Of a stretch of 64,000 nt of DNA, positions 28,969-38,561 are shown in pieces. The translations under genes were made by a program, and so were the position numbers. Source of the DNA: a bacterium (GTDB lineage Bacteria; Zhuqueibacterota; Zhuqueibacteria; Zhuqueibacterales; Zhuqueibacteraceae); assembly GCA_044869275.1 (NCBI GenBank), contig JBIOXB010000139.1, forward strand, positions 32,001-96,000. The letters are read 5' to 3'. The notes under the pieces are model-generated. The model saw nothing but the letters and a program-made list of their open reading frames with translations, had not been told where the DNA came from and did no database searches. How positions within the stretch are numbered: position 1 is the stretch's first letter; every line of letters starts with the position of its first letter.

Positions 28969-30222
28969 ATGCTCGCGGCTGCACTGCCCCTGTGGGCGCA
29001 AGCGCTGAGAGTGAATGGTGTCCTGTTTCACGAGACGGCTTATTGCGACCGCCGTGAAGAATCTCTCTACAATCCGCAGAATCGTCTGCTCCAGCTCGAG
29101 GATCGCAGCCATCTGGTCGCTGCCGAGGTCAATGCCGGGATTCATTTGGTCAGAGGGCTGGCGTTGCGATCTTTCGTGCAAGCGCGCCTTCAAAGTGAGC
29201 GCGATACACAGCCGCATTTGTTTCTACGCGAGCTCGCTTTGAGGCTTTCACCAGCCCGTGTTTTTGATTTGACCATTGGTCGCACGATTCTCAAATGGGG
29301 CACGGGCTACGCCTTCAACCCCACGGGCGTGATTGAGCCGCCTCGTAATCCCGCGGATCCCTCCGATCGCCTGCATCGTTTTCGCGGCCTTGATCTCGCG
29401 CAAGCGGATTTTTATTTCGCGGCCGGCACCGCGACCGTGGTTTATCTCAATACCCTCAATGACCATGGTGCGTGGCGAATGAAAAATGACCATCGTCTCG
29501 CCGTGCGGCTGAACACGCTGGTGCAAGGCTTCGATGTTGCGCTGATTGGTTTTTGGGGAAAGCACCAGCGCGGCCGCTTTGGCTGCAACTTCACCAAAGT
29601 AATCGGCGGAGCCTTGGAGATTCACGGCGAATTCCTCGGCCAGCGAGGTTCCGCAACGCCGCAGCACCTTATTGCTACGGTGGATGCTCCGGACACGCTG
29701 TTTCGCTTTCCGCCTTATGCGCCTCTGTTTGAGCACAGGTTCAATGGTAAGTATCTGGCAGGATTTCAGTACACGCTCGCCGGCGGCGTCAATCTGGCCA
29801 TGGAATACTTTCACAATGATGAAGGCATGAATGGCGACGATTGGCAGCGCTTTCTCGACTATCTTCTTTTTGCCAATCGCGAGCTTTCCAATTCCCGCTG
29901 GAACAGCCCCGCCGGCAATCTGGCAGCGGCGAATTTGTTGTGGTCAACCGGCGTGTTGTCCGCCACCGGCAGCACGCGGGATTATCTGTTCGGGCGGTGT
30001 TATTTCCCTGAAATTTTCTCAAGGCGCGTTTCCGGCGAGTTCATTGCGCTCAGAAATTTGCATGATGGCTCGACGGTTGTCATCCCGGCTCTTTCGGTTT
30101 ATTTGGGCCACGAAGTTTCCGTTTCCCTGCGCTGGAACGGATTTCTCGGCCATCGCGAATCGGAGTACGGCGAATCATTATATCGCAGCGTGACCAGCCT
30201 TGGGCTGTCGTGGAAATTTTGA
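28969..30222 (+). CDS. Putative outer-membrane beta-barrel protein
   Basis: IGRTILKWGTGYAFNP motif, amphipathic strands, C-terminal LSWKF; start uncertain. Confidence 0.7.
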   Translation: MLAAALPLWAQALRVNGVLFHETAYCDRREESLYNPQNRLLQLEDRSHLVAAEVNAGIHLVRGLALRSFVQARLQSERDTQPHLFLRELALRLSPARVFDLTIGRTILKWGTGYAFNPTGVIEPPRNPADPSDRLHRFRGLDLAQADFYFAAGTATVVYLNTLNDHGAWRMKNDHRLAVRLNTLVQGFDVALIGFWGKHQRGRFGCNFTKVIGGALEIHGEFLGQRGSATPQHLIATVDAPDTLFRFPPYAPLFEHRFNGKYLAGFQYTLAGGVNLAMEYFHNDEGMNGDDWQRFLDYLLFANRELSNSRWNSPAGNLAAANLLWSTGVLSATGSTRDYLFGRCYFPEIFSRRVSGEFIALRNLHDGSTVVIPALSVYLGHEVSVSLRWNGFLGHRESEYGESLYRSVTSLGLSWKF

Positions 30223-30473
30223 CGCCCAGCTCAATGATAAGCTTTGTCTTGACGATTAATTTTTCCTATATTTTTGTGCACAACAGCCTGACTCTGCCAA
30301 ACTGATTTGAGAATGCCAGTTTTGTTTGTCATTCCGTTAGGAATCTTCCCCCAAATGTCCGAGAAAACTCGAGAAGCTAACTCAGATTGTTTCTGAATAA
30401 CCATTGCGAGTTCAGTGCTGAAGTCCAGAGCTGAACCTTCTGGTAATGGTTATGAAAGTATTAAGAGCACAAA

Positions 30474-31571
30474 ATGCCGATCCGGCTGACCACACTGCAC
30501 ACGCGCCTTCGTGATTCCTGGACCTGGAAAGAGTTCCGGATGGTGCTCTTCATCAATGTCCTGATTACGTGCCTGCTTTTTTTTGTCTATGTCGATTTCA
30601 GAACCGCGGGCTGGTTCGAAGACGTCCTCCGGGTGTTTATTTTCACACAGGCGATTGGCATTTCGATTTACTTTTTTATTTGCTTCAGCGATATTTGGTC
30701 CGTTCGCAGCCTCTGGAAGCGATCCGCCGGCTTGACCCTGCTTTTCATATTAGCGGGCTGGACCGGAACACTCGTCGCATTGGGAATCGATTATTTGATC
30801 TTTACTGAGCATCCGGATCATCTCGGCAAATTGTTTGTCGACAACACCCTGATGGCCTTGCTGTTTGGCGCCACGGCCACCAGCTACTTCGTTTTGCGTA
30901 GCCGCTTCGAAGAAGCGATTACGCAACTCGCGGAAAAGGAAGTCAACGAACAGCGTCTTTTGAGATTGAAAACCAAAGCCGAGCTCGAAGCACTGCGTGC
31001 GAAAATAGATCCGCACTTCCTTTTCAATGCGCTCAATTCCATCTCCAGCCTGATTCCGGTGGATCCGCCGCGCGCGGAAGAAATGGTGCAGCGCTTGTCG
31101 CACCTCTTTCGCTACACCTTGGATGCGAGCCATCACGAAACCGTGCGCTTGTCCGAGGAATTGCGCTCAGTACGGGAATATTTGGAGATTGAAAAAGTGC
31201 GCCTGGGCGAGCGCCTCTCCTATGAGATTGTTGCCGAGAACGAATTGTCAAACGTGCCGTTGCCGGGCTTGCTCTTGCAGCCTCTGGTGGAGAACAGCGT
31301 GAAACACGGCCTGGCGCACAGCAAAAACGGCGGACGGATTACGATTCATTGCCGGCGGGAAAACGACATGTGCCGGATTGAAGTCAATGACACCGGAAAA
31401 GGATTTGATGAGGTAACTAGGCAGGAAGGCTTTGGCTTAAGCAGCGTGCGCGAGCGGCTGGCATTGCATTATGGGAATGCTCACGAATTTCAGCTCACCC
31501 ATGAGAACGGCGTGCAAATCGTCATGCGCTTGCCTTTAAGCATAAACGGAGCGAGCGGTGAGGCGTTATAG
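30474..31571 (+). CDS. LytS/YehU-type sensor histidine kinase
   Basis: 4 TMs; LRAKIDPHFLFNALN, LQPLVENSVKHG, DTGKG, GFGL. Confidence 0.93.
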   Translation: MPIRLTTLHTRLRDSWTWKEFRMVLFINVLITCLLFFVYVDFRTAGWFEDVLRVFIFTQAIGISIYFFICFSDIWSVRSLWKRSAGLTLLFILAGWTGTLVALGIDYLIFTEHPDHLGKLFVDNTLMALLFGATATSYFVLRSRFEEAITQLAEKEVNEQRLLRLKTKAELEALRAKIDPHFLFNALNSISSLIPVDPPRAEEMVQRLSHLFRYTLDASHHETVRLSEELRSVREYLEIEKVRLGERLSYEIVAENELSNVPLPGLLLQPLVENSVKHGLAHSKNGGRITIHCRRENDMCRIEVNDTGKGFDEVTRQEGFGLSSVRERLALHYGNAHEFQLTHENGVQIVMRLPLSINGASGEAL

Positions 31572-32304
31572 CACCATTTTGATCGAGGACGAGCCACTGG
31601 CTTTGCAGCGTCTGGAGCGTTTGCTGCAACCCTACAGGGAGATCATCGCCGTCGTCGATCGCGCGGCCGACGGCGAAGCGGCGGTGGCAAAGATCAACGC
31701 GCAGCAGCCCGATTTGATTTTTTTGGACATTCAAATGCCGGAGCTGAACGGCTTTGAGGTTTTGGCGCGCATTCAGCATTTGCCGTGGATCATTTTTTCC
31801 ACGGCTTACGACGAGTACGCGCTCAAGGCTTTCGAAACGAACGCCATCGATTATCTGCTCAAGCCCGTCGATCCGGAGCGCCTGCGCCGCGCCGTGGAGA
31901 AATTGCAGCGTTTGACGGGTGAAGAGAAAAAGGCGTGGCCGGAGCAATTACAACAGTTGCTGGCGGCATTCAAACAACCCGCGCTCAAGCGTTTGCAGGT
32001 CCGCCACGGCGATCACATTCGATTTTTGCCGGTGAAGGACATTCACTATTTTCAAGCCGAAGACAAATACGTGATCGCGCACACGTTCGAAGAAGCCTTT
32101 GTGCTGGATCAGACTTTGCACCAGTTGGAAGCGGATTTACCGGCGGAGGATTTCGTACGCATTCATCGCTCGGCGATCATCAATCTGAACCATTTGCAGG
32201 AAATCGTCCGCTCGTTCGGCAGTTTTCATGTACGCATGCGGGACCGGAATAAAACCGAGCTGCCGGTGAGCCGGAAAGCCAGGGCGAGATTGGGATTAGC
32301 GTGA
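31558..32304 (+). CDS. LytTR response regulator
   Basis: IEDE, FLDIQMP, DYLLKP, FVRIHRS, LPVSR. Confidence 0.95.
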   Translation: MRRYSTILIEDEPLALQRLERLLQPYREIIAVVDRAADGEAAVAKINAQQPDLIFLDIQMPELNGFEVLARIQHLPWIIFSTAYDEYALKAFETNAIDYLLKPVDPERLRRAVEKLQRLTGEEKKAWPEQLQQLLAAFKQPALKRLQVRHGDHIRFLPVKDIHYFQAEDKYVIAHTFEEAFVLDQTLHQLEADLPAEDFVRIHRSAIINLNHLQEIVRSFGSFHVRMRDRNKTELPVSRKARARLGLA

Positions 32305-32329
32305 TCAGGAAGAACGCTGCCGGTGGAAG

Positions 32330-33529
32330 TCAAGGGCGAAAAAAATGAGCCGCGGTGAGGGTGTAAACCATGACGGCTTCTTCAACTTCATTTAACGCAA
32401 TTGCTTCCTCCGCCGAATGAGCCAGCGATAGATCTCCGGGCCCGCAAACCACACAGGCGATATCGGCTTCGCGGGAGAGCAACGCTGCGTCTGTCCATGC
32501 GGGGAAGGCCGTAAGCGCTGCTTCCGAGCCAAAAATTTCGAGGCGGGCTTTTTGTGCGGAGAGCACCAGCGGATGATCCACGGCAATCTCCATCGGCCCG
32601 TGCACCATGGTCGCCATGCCGCCGGGCACGCGGCGTATCTCTGTGGTCAAACCGGGCATGGCCGCCCGCACTTGCGTCAAAATTTCCTGCAACTCACTAA
32701 AGACCAGCTCGACGCTTTCGGAGGGCAGCCAGCGGCGGTCCAGTTGAATGGAGCAACGCGCGGCAACAGTGCTGGGCTGGTCACCTCCATGAATCGTGCC
32801 CATGTTGATGGTGGGCGCACCGATGATTTCGTGCCGGCGTTTTTGAAATTGCGGCAGGAGCTCCTCTTCCACCGCCCGGATAAAACGCGCGGCCGCGGTG
32901 ATTGCATTGCAGCCTTTCTCCGGCGTGCCGCCGTGGGTGGCTTTACCGAGGAATTCGATCTCCAGCCATTCGAGGCCTTTGTGCCCCACCGCAATGCGAT
33001 TGTGCGTCGGCTCTCCGACAATGGCGGCGTCCGCGCGCATGCCTGAGCGGATCAAAGCTTCGGCGCCCAGGCTTTCCATTTCTTCATCAATCACCGCGGC
33101 AAGCATCACCTCACCTCGTGGGAGCAAATCAAGTCGTTTGAGCGCCACGAGCGTGGCGGCCATCGCGGCCACTGCACCTTTCATGTCCACGGTGCCGCGG
33201 CCGTACATTTTGCCTTCCCGGATTTCCGCCGAAAAGGGCGTCATAGTGGTGATCGCATTCGGAGGCACCGTGTCGGTGTGTCCGCAGAGCAGCAAGCGCG
33301 GGCCGGAAACTTTCCCAGGAACGGTCGCGATCAAATTCGGTCGGCCCGGCCGAACTTCTAGCAGGGAAAATTCGAGGCCCTGCCGATCGCAATATTTCGC
33401 GAGAATATCGACGACTTGTTCCTCCTGCCGCGGCAAGCCGGGATAGCTCGGCGCCTGCACAAGATCGCGCAGCAGATCGATCACTCCGAGGGCCGGTAGG
33501 ATTTGCTCGAATTGTGATGAAATGGGCAT
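32330..33529 (-). CDS. M20 metallopeptidase (ArgE/DapE family)
   Basis: GHTDTVP, GRGTVDMKG, DEE, GEPT, AHSAEE. Confidence 0.93.
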   Translation of the reverse strand: MPISSQFEQILPALGVIDLLRDLVQAPSYPGLPRQEEQVVDILAKYCDRQGLEFSLLEVRPGRPNLIATVPGKVSGPRLLLCGHTDTVPPNAITTMTPFSAEIREGKMYGRGTVDMKGAVAAMAATLVALKRLDLLPRGEVMLAAVIDEEMESLGAEALIRSGMRADAAIVGEPTHNRIAVGHKGLEWLEIEFLGKATHGGTPEKGCNAITAAARFIRAVEEELLPQFQKRRHEIIGAPTINMGTIHGGDQPSTVAARCSIQLDRRWLPSESVELVFSELQEILTQVRAAMPGLTTEIRRVPGGMATMVHGPMEIAVDHPLVLSAQKARLEIFGSEAALTAFPAWTDAALLSREADIACVVCGPGDLSLAHSAEEAIALNEVEEAVMVYTLTAAHFFRP

Positions 33530-33574
33530 CCTTGCGAAAGAAACTTTAAAAGTAAACACTCAAGCCGAATTTTA

Positions 33575-34006
33575 CTAGGTTGTTATCCAGCCGGCAATGC
33601 CGCTCACGCCGGCGCCCCAAGATTTCGTCGAAGTTTTTGCATCAGTGCTGTTGAAGCTGCCGTCCGAATTGTTGCTCAGAATCTGTTGGTGGCTCGTTCG
33701 GTTGGAAAATCGCGCGAGAGGGCCGAATCCCGCCATAAAGGCAATTTCCTGGGAGTGATCCCAATACCACAAGTATTGGGCGTTGAATAGGAGATTTTGC
33801 TCGCTTTGGTCGGTCTTGCTTTGTTGTGTTTGATACAGAGTATCCTCAAGTGAGTTGCTCGCACTTCCTTCCGCATCCATTTCTGAACCGGATACGGTCA
33901 CACCGATTCTCACCGCCCGTTGAGCACTGAAATGGCGTTTGAGCGAAAGTGTGGTGCTCTCAAAGGGTGCTGTCTTTCGCGGAATCGAAAAGACGCGAAG
34001 GAGCAA
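33575..34006 (-). pseudogene. Internal fragment of a probable outer-membrane beta-strand protein
   Basis: Alternating strands (LSLKRHF, AVRIGVTVSG, WGAGVSGIAG); no signal peptide; abrupt end. Confidence 0.4.
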
Positions 34007-34088
34007 GGCACACGCCGGTTAATTCGATGACCCCTTTGCACTTCCACTTTCCTTTACACACATTTCTTCAGGTGTTGCGCCAGTTTGG

Positions 34089-35105
34089 TCAAGGGGTCAG
34101 CACGACTTTGCCGATATTTTTCCTCGCTTCCATATAGACCTGCGCTTCACCTGCTTGTTCAAAAGAAAAAGCGCGGTCAATATGCGGCCGCACCCAGCCT
34201 TCTTGCACGCCGTTGAGTATGTCCGGCATCCAGCCGCGCACTTTTTCTCCTTCGTGCCAGAGATGCCCGAGATTGACGCCGAACACGCCCTTGTTGCCGT
34301 TCATCAAACCAACCGGATTGAACCACGGCATCTGCAAAATCATTTTCACTAAGCCGAGCTTGGAATTGCTGCCTGCCGTGCTCGCGGTGGAAATGCCGAA
34401 CATGCCCAATCTGCCCGTGTGCCGCAGCACCTTGTAGTTTTGCTTCCAAGTTTTGCCGCCGATGGGATCAATGGCCAATTCCACGCCGTGGCCGTGGGTA
34501 AGGTCACGCACAGCTTTTTGCCAGTCTTGGGTGCGATAGTCGATGGCGTGCTGCAAGCCGCGCTCACGCAGAAAAGTATGCTTGCCCGCGCTCGCGGTGC
34601 CAATCGTGATCGCGCCGATTTTCTTGGCAATGTCAAGGGCGGCCAAACCCACACCGCCGCCGGCGTTTTGAATCAGCACGGTTTCACCAGCGCGCAACGA
34701 GCCCATGACCACCAACAATTGATACGCGGTGAGATAATTTACCGGTATGGCTGCTGCCGCTTCAAAGCTCAATTTTTTCGGCTTGGCAAATACCTGTGCG
34801 GCGGGCACCTTGACTTTTTCAGAATAACCGCCAAAACGAGTCAAGGCAACAACCTCTTGGCCGGCTTGAAATGCCGTCACCGATTTTTCAACAGCAGCTA
34901 TCACACCTGCGACTTCATAACCCACCACGCACGGAAGCTTGGGCGCGTCGGGATAAATGCCTTTGCGCGCCATAATGTCCGCGAAATTGATGCCCGCGGC
35001 TTTCACGGCAATGACTACTTCATTTGGCCCCGGCTGGGGGTCGGCACTTTCTTTGATCTGCAATACCTCGGGTCCACCCACGCGCGTGATGAAAATTTGT
35101 CGCAA
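34089..35105 (-). CDS. Medium-chain dehydrogenase/reductase, VAT-1-like
   Basis: GINFAD, GYEVAG, NAGGGVG, RKNIGKVVL; TTG start after AAGGAG. Confidence 0.92.
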   Translation of the reverse strand: MRQIFITRVGGPEVLQIKESADPQPGPNEVVIAVKAAGINFADIMARKGIYPDAPKLPCVVGYEVAGVIAAVEKSVTAFQAGQEVVALTRFGGYSEKVKVPAAQVFAKPKKLSFEAAAAIPVNYLTAYQLLVVMGSLRAGETVLIQNAGGGVGLAALDIAKKIGAITIGTASAGKHTFLRERGLQHAIDYRTQDWQKAVRDLTHGHGVELAIDPIGGKTWKQNYKVLRHTGRLGMFGISTASTAGSNSKLGLVKMILQMPWFNPVGLMNGNKGVFGVNLGHLWHEGEKVRGWMPDILNGVQEGWVRPHIDRAFSFEQAGEAQVYMEARKNIGKVVLTP

Positions 35106-35137
35106 GAAGTGTCTCCTTTTTCTCATTCCGAAGGTGT

Positions 35138-35337
35138 CAGCCTCGGTGAAAACTCTCGTTCCACCGCTCAGCGGTGGAATGCATGCGGTGACGCTCTGCG
35201 TCCGGAAAAGTTAGGCCTTAATGAGTATTGTGAAAACAAAATGCGATCGAACATAAAGCGGGAACGCAGAGCGTTTCAATAGGCATCACGGCACGGTGGT
35301 TCGGGGTCGTGACGAGAGCGCGTTTTCACACAGTCTG
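35138..35337. mobile_element. ~200 bp MITE/REPIN-like element, copy 2
   Basis: Colinear with 11685-11885 (shared ccaccgctcagcggtggaatgcatgcggtgacgctctgcgt). Confidence 0.8.
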
Positions 35338-35373
35338 TATGCTTCGGAACGCGCTTAGTGAGATGGTATGCCC

Positions 35374-35408
35374 AATCTCGTTCCCAAGTACAACTTGGGA
35401 ACGAGATT
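35374..35408. repeat. Perfect 16-bp-stem REP-like palindrome
   Basis: aatctcgttcccaagt-aca-acttgggaacgagatt. Confidence 0.8.
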
Positions 35409-35442
35409 GAACGAGATTGAAAACGAAGCTAAACAAGAGTTG

Positions 35443-36918
35443 CTATTTGCTGCCCGTCTCTGCGCTGCCGCCGATGCCGAGCTTTTTCAAAATGATATTG
35501 AACACCTCCGTGCCCAGCCAGCCACCAATGATGGCGACCGCCAAGCTGCTCAAGGGATTCAACGCCACGTTGCGCGGCACGAGCGCAAGCAGATTGAAGA
35601 CGAAGCCCCAATACAAAACAAAACCGGTGACGAAGCCGATCAAAATACGCCACCATTTGGCGTTCGCCTCGCGCCAATAGGCAATGAAGCCGCCGGCGAG
35701 GCCGCCGAGCGCGGTCAGCGTCAGCAAAACCGTCGGAAGTGAAACTTTGACCGGCGCGCTGCTCGCGGGCAAATTGGGCGTGGCGGCCGTGAGCACGACC
35801 TGCCCGCGCCACGTCGGCCGGAAAGTGGTGCGGCCCTGGAAACTCCCCGGCGCAATGACGATTTCTTTCTGCTCTAATTCGCCGCGGCCCCGGTCGATCT
35901 CAAAGGACACTGCGCGCGGTGCCTCGGTGGCGATGGCGCGGCCCTGGCTGTCCAATAATTTTACGTTGAGATCGCATTGATCGACGAGGGTTATTTCGGA
36001 GGGACTGGGATCCAGCACGATTTGGGCAATCGCCGGTCCGAATTTAATCTGCAAACTTCTGTCGCCTTCCACGTCCGTCGCTGGCCGCGATTGCACGTAT
36101 TCCACCGTGACCGTTTGCACGTCTTGTGAAGTGAGCACTGCCGTGCCCGAGCTTTCGCCCGCGGGGATGATCAGTGCCTGCGGCCGCAACACGCCGCTGC
36201 TGTTGAACAGTTGCACGCGAATCGTTTGCGCCAGCGAATCAACTTCATCGAGCAAGAAGGCTTGAATCATTGCACCATCCTGGCCGTCGGCCAGCAGCGT
36301 GCGTTGCGGGCTGTAGCGCAAAGTGATCGTGGGCTTGGGCGCACCTGTTGGTGCGGCGCTTTCACGCGCGGTGATGCTCATGCTCCTTTCCGTACGCAGG
36401 GGTTGCGGCTCTCCCGTTGCCGCGGCGCCGGCGCCACCGGACGCGCCCGCGGCTTCCGGTTTCGGCGCCTCCGGGCTTTTGGGCTTGGCGCTCGCGGGCT
36501 TGACGCGCAGATACCTTCCCCCCTCGTGCAGCCGCTCGTGCTGCGCCCGCAATTGCAGCAATCCTGCCTCAGCTGGGATGATGGTGGTAGCGCCGGAAGT
36601 GTCGCCGGCGCTAATGGTAGCGCCAGTCGTGTCAACCTTGCCGGAAGGCAAATGTACCAGCAGCCTGACGACATATTCGCGCGGTGCGGGCGCAGCTTGA
36701 TTCTCGGCATCAAGGCAAACAATTTCGATTTCCACTTTGTCGCCGGCATAGAGGTGCTTGCCCGGAGAATTGATTTTCAGTTTGAGCGGCTTGCCTTTTA
36801 CAGATTGCGCCGGCAGCGAACCGGCGGCCAGCCATGAAATCGGCAACGCGATAACGGCCGCGCGCCACAGCACGAGCGCCGCCGGCTTCACCGCGCGGAA
36901 AGAGTGCGGCAATTTCAT
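35443..36918 (-). CDS. Exported protein with tandem Ig-like domains and a C-terminal 3-TM anchor
   Basis: Signal-like N-terminus; three repeats of the I(S/P/A)(A/P)GxxxG motif; LLADGQD (invasin/Big-like); hydrophobic C-terminus. Confidence 0.7.
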   Translation of the reverse strand: MKLPHSFRAVKPAALVLWRAAVIALPISWLAAGSLPAQSVKGKPLKLKINSPGKHLYAGDKVEIEIVCLDAENQAAPAPREYVVRLLVHLPSGKVDTTGATISAGDTSGATTIIPAEAGLLQLRAQHERLHEGGRYLRVKPASAKPKSPEAPKPEAAGASGGAGAAATGEPQPLRTERSMSITARESAAPTGAPKPTITLRYSPQRTLLADGQDGAMIQAFLLDEVDSLAQTIRVQLFNSSGVLRPQALIIPAGESSGTAVLTSQDVQTVTVEYVQSRPATDVEGDRSLQIKFGPAIAQIVLDPSPSEITLVDQCDLNVKLLDSQGRAIATEAPRAVSFEIDRGRGELEQKEIVIAPGSFQGRTTFRPTWRGQVVLTAATPNLPASSAPVKVSLPTVLLTLTALGGLAGGFIAYWREANAKWWRILIGFVTGFVLYWGFVFNLLALVPRNVALNPLSSLAVAIIGGWLGTEVFNIILKKLGIGGSAETGSK

Positions 36919-37268
36919 CTTAGCTTTCCTTTCTCAAATATCCAACGCAAGCATCGCGTGGTGGGAAACGGGAAATAAAAAAGCTTCTGCCAAAGACAGA
37001 AGCTCGTCCAAATCATTTGTTCATTTTGAAGCGCGGCTCTCTTCGGCGGAACCCGATAAAGATTTGTGTTCCGGAGGTGAGCAAACGTTAGCAAAATGGC
37101 GTTGCATTGTCAAGCAGAATCTGGTCGCGAACATTCATTTCGCACTTGACATTCTCGCGGGAGAGGAGCAAAATGCCATGATCCTCTATCAACGTGATGG
37201 CGAGCAAGTGACCGGCCAAAGCCTGTGGTTCGCGACAGCGAGGTTTCTTCAATAACTGCGCAAGGAGA

Positions 37269-38066
37269 ATGAAAAAAGACATGTCGAATTACATTAAGTT
37301 TCTCGGCACCGCCGGTGCGCGTTTTGTCATGATCCAGCAATTGCGTTCTTCCGCAGGAACGATCATCCATCTTGACGGCCAAATGATCCTGCTCGACCCG
37401 GGTCCGGGTACCCTGGCGCGCTGCGCCGCCAGCCGGCCCAAAATCAACGCGGGGGAGTTGCAGGCCATCATTCTTTCCCACCGCCACGTCGATCATTCCA
37501 CCGATGTGAACGTCATGATGGAAGCCATGTCCGAAGGAGGATTCAAAAAGCGCGGCGTGCTCTTCGCGCCGGAAGATTGCTTGGAAGGCGACGATCCGGT
37601 GGTGCTGCGCTACGTGCGCGATTACATTGCCCGGATTGAAATCTTGCGCGAAAAATCTGCGCGTAAAATCAACGCCCTGCGCTTTCATACCAGCGGGCGG
37701 CATAAGCATGGCGCGGAAACTTATGGCGTCATTTTCGACAGCAGCCTGGGCAAAATCTCTTTCCTGGTCGATACGGAATTCTTCCCAGGCTTGATTTCAT
37801 GGTACAAAGGCGCGCGCGTGCTGGTCATGAATGTCGTGCGCTTGCGGCCGGCGGACGACGACCGCGTGATTCAGCACCTCTGCTTGCCTGAGGCGAAACA
37901 GATCATTGCGGAGGTCAAACCCGAGGCCGCCATTCTCACGCATTTCGGCTCGACCATGCTGCGCGCCAAACCCTGGGAGCTGGCCGAAAAATTGAGCCGC
38001 GAAATCGGAGTGAAAGTCATCGCCGCCTCCGACGGGATGAATTTTTCGTTGGAAGAGTTCAAGTGA
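37269..38066 (+). CDS. MBL-fold metallo-hydrolase
   Basis: FLGTAG, LDPGPG, SHRHVDH, LTHFG. Confidence 0.92.
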   Translation: MKKDMSNYIKFLGTAGARFVMIQQLRSSAGTIIHLDGQMILLDPGPGTLARCAASRPKINAGELQAIILSHRHVDHSTDVNVMMEAMSEGGFKKRGVLFAPEDCLEGDDPVVLRYVRDYIARIEILREKSARKINALRFHTSGRHKHGAETYGVIFDSSLGKISFLVDTEFFPGLISWYKGARVLVMNVVRLRPADDDRVIQHLCLPEAKQIIAEVKPEAAILTHFGSTMLRAKPWELAEKLSREIGVKVIAASDGMNFSLEEFK

Positions 38067-38116
38067 GGGAGCTACGACGATACTTATTATCGGAGGGATC
38101 TGATGCGCGGAAGTGA

Positions 38117-38400
38117 CTAAGTCAAACGCACGCACACCACTGTGGCGTCGTCCGGCAAAGTTTTGGCAGCGGAAAAATCTTTCACCGCTTGAATGACCGT
38201 TGCACTCAAGTCTTGCGCCGCAGCGCGATTTTTTGCCGCCAGCAATCTGCGCAGATGCTCCTCCTCGAATTGTTGGACCTGGCGATTGCTCGCTTCGATC
38301 ACGCCGTCGGTGTAGAGCATGAGCACGTCGCCGCGTGCGCATGCAAATTCGATTTCCTCGAAAGCAAACACCCATGCCCAAGGTCCGGCGCAGCACCGCG
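38117..38400 (-). pseudogene. C-terminal fragment of a PP2C/SpoIIE phosphatase
   Basis: GDVLMLYTDGVIEA...DDATVVCV; N-terminal half missing. Confidence 0.75.
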
Positions 38401-38561
38401 CCGGACAGGGCCTGCGTCACCGGCCGCGAAACTTGACAAGCGCGCGCATTTGTCGTATATTCCCCAGTCTTTTCGAATCAAATTTGTTTAAGTGTTGAGT
38501 GGGCAGCGATCGACTCCACGCCCGCGCGGGGCTAGAAGCAGCCCGAGGATTCTTTCCGGCA

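Noticed and set aside
36960..37255. Possible small ORF or remnant upstream of the MBL hydrolase
   Set aside because: No convincing start and no recognisable family
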